Assembly: GCF_018350175.1 (NCBI RefSeq)
Contig: NC_058373.1
Coordinates: forward strand, 74,338,001 to 74,402,000
Origin: Felis catus
Lineage: Eukaryota
Direction of reading: 5' to 3'
DNA length: 64,000 nt
The notes under the pieces are model-generated. The model worked only from the letters and a program-made list of their open reading frames with translations, did not search any database and was not told the origin of the DNA. The first letter of the stretch is position 1. Every line of letters begins with the position of its first letter. Both the position numbers and the translations under genes were made by a program. This document shows, piece after piece, positions 62,201 through 64,000 of the stretch.

Positions 62201-62733
62201 TGCTCTGTAATATTCTCACACGTGGGTTTCTCATGCTGGATAATAAAACTCTAGGAGCCTAGGGTCTCTATTGGTCTTCTTATTTTATCCCAGTACTCAG
62301 CCTGGTACATAGTGGGTGCTCAATAAACATGAATGGTTGAAGGGATTAGATCTATGGTGGGGGCAGGCAGGGTGGGGGGAGTCTCACCAAATTGCAGAAG
62401 TTGCCTCTAGGAATATGTTCCAAAGTGCACTTCATTCTCAAGTCTTATGGCCAGTGGTGGAAAGAAGGTGAATTGTGATGTATGTGGAACATGGGACCTT
62501 GAGGAGTTCCGTAACCAGGAGGAGAAAGAAGTAACAACAGCTAGTGGAGACAAAAAGAACTGCTTCTCCCTTCTTCCCCCTCCACGTTTCTAGTGAGAGT
62601 TGAGCCCAGCATCCCAGACTTGTGTGACTATATAGGCAAGCTTTCAAAGACTAACTTTACTTTGGTACCCTAGCCCTCATGGCTTTCTGAGCAGATAATA
62701 GGCTTTTTCCCTGCTCTCAGAAAGCCCAACACC

Positions 62734-64000
62734 ATGCGGAAGGGAGACACCCTGGAGGTAGCACCACCCACCTCAGCCTACCGCTCTGTCATGGAGGAGT
62801 ATGGTTACGAGGTGGGCAAGGTCATTGGCAATGGCTCCTATGGGACGGTTTATGAGGCTTACTACACAAAGCAGAAGATCATGGTGGCTGTCAAGATCAT
62901 CTCAAAGAAGAAGGCCTCTGAGGACTACCTTAACAAGTTCCTGCCCCGTGAGATACAGGTTGGAAAGGGGGCTAGAAGAGGGAACTGGTACCAAGCTCAT
63001 TAAGACTTCTGGGCATGGTCTGGAGGGGATAGAGCCAGAACCCCACCCCCAACCCCAAATCAGTGAATGTCTTACTATGCAGCAGGAAGATGACTTGATA
63101 CAAATTCAACCTCTTTCCACCCACCCACTCACCTCCAGCCTCACAAAGTAAAAGTACAAAGCATAGGGTCTGCCCACAAACCACCAGCCCTCTGGGGTTT
63201 AATCCTGCTGCAAAGTTCTAAGTAGGTTAGCAGCAGGACAGTAGGAGGGCTGGGAGCACAGCCAGGGTTCTCCCTTCCCAGGTTTGATGGGTCCCTCTTC
63301 CGGGGCCAGGTAATGAAGGTCCTGCGGCACAAGTACCTCATCAACTTCTATCAGGCCATCGAAACCACATCCCGAGTATACATCATTCTGGAGCTGGCTC
63401 AGGGTGGTGACGTCCTTGAATGGATCCAGCACTATGGGGCTTGCTCTGAGCCCCATGCTGGCAAGTGGTTCTCCCAGATGACCCTGGGCATCGCCTACCT
63501 GCACAGCAAGGGCATCGTGCACCGGTGAGGGCGCTGCCACCCAGGCTGGGGCCTTTGGGCTCTCAAGGGGGTTTTATGCATATTTTCCATTTTCTGCCCT
63601 CTTTTTCCCTCCCTTGGCCTTCCTCAGTTATCTAGGCCCATCCATCCCCTCTATTTTAATTGTCTGGTCAAGAACATTTATGTAGTACCCACCGTGAACA
63701 CAGCACTCTGTGAACTACAATGATGAGCCCTCGCTGGTCCCCAGGTACCATCCTCTCTCACCTTTGGGCTCTGTTCATTAACTCCATGGTTCCGTCCTCT
63801 CAACCTTGTGTCCTCATAACGGCACCTGTCTCCCACTTTGCCTTTTCTATCTCTAGCCTCTGACCCCTGGCCCTTCAGCTCCTGGTCTAATACTAAGCCC
63901 TCTCCCCAGCCTGACCCCCAGCCTTTCTGCTGCTGGTAGGGACTTAAAGTTGGAGAACCTGTTGCTGGACAAGTGGGAGAACGTGAAGATATCGGACTTT
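62734..64000 (+). CDS. TSSK4: Testis-specific serine/threonine kinase 4, 5' part (truncated by the window end)
   Basis: Exon 62734-62958 (GNGSYG P-loop, [11 protein letters not shown]), exon 63310-63524 (...GIVHR), exon from 63940 or 63910 ([10 protein letters not shown]...VKISDF). Confidence 0.94.

Noticed and set aside
1-64000. CRISPR arrays, operons, tRNA or rRNA genes
   Set aside because: Mammalian DNA; the tRNA-like boxes belong to SINE heads, and I saw no repeat-spacer array or intact structural RNA gene.

Overview
Mammalian euchromatic window; carnivore tRNA-derived CAN-SINEs of felid type point to a cat-family genome. It is syntenic with the human 14q12 cluster: FITM1 (last exon, +), PSME1 (+), EMC9 (-), PSME2 (-), RNF31/HOIP (+), IRF9 (+), REC8 (+), IPO4 (-), TM9SF1 (-) and TSSK4 (+, cut by the window end). 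The visible coding exons I traced splice into intact frames; IPO4 was only partly traced. Repeats include CAN-SINEs, L1, L2, MIR, MER58, MER20, a U6 fragment and microsatellites. I see no demonstrably new biological system. The best unexplained signal is a chain of five minus-strand exon-like segments with splice signals and a poly(A) signal between IRF9 and REC8, a candidate decayed gene or spliced lncRNA. Other points: a probable U12 intron in TM9SF1, a GC-AG intron in PSME1, an alternative acceptor splitting the TSSK4 HRD loop, C-terminal extensions of IRF9 and REC8 relative to human, dense IFN/NF-kB motifs, and N-runs that sit mostly on coding exons and preserve frame. Gene identities and human comparisons come from my recall of the proteins, not from a database search.
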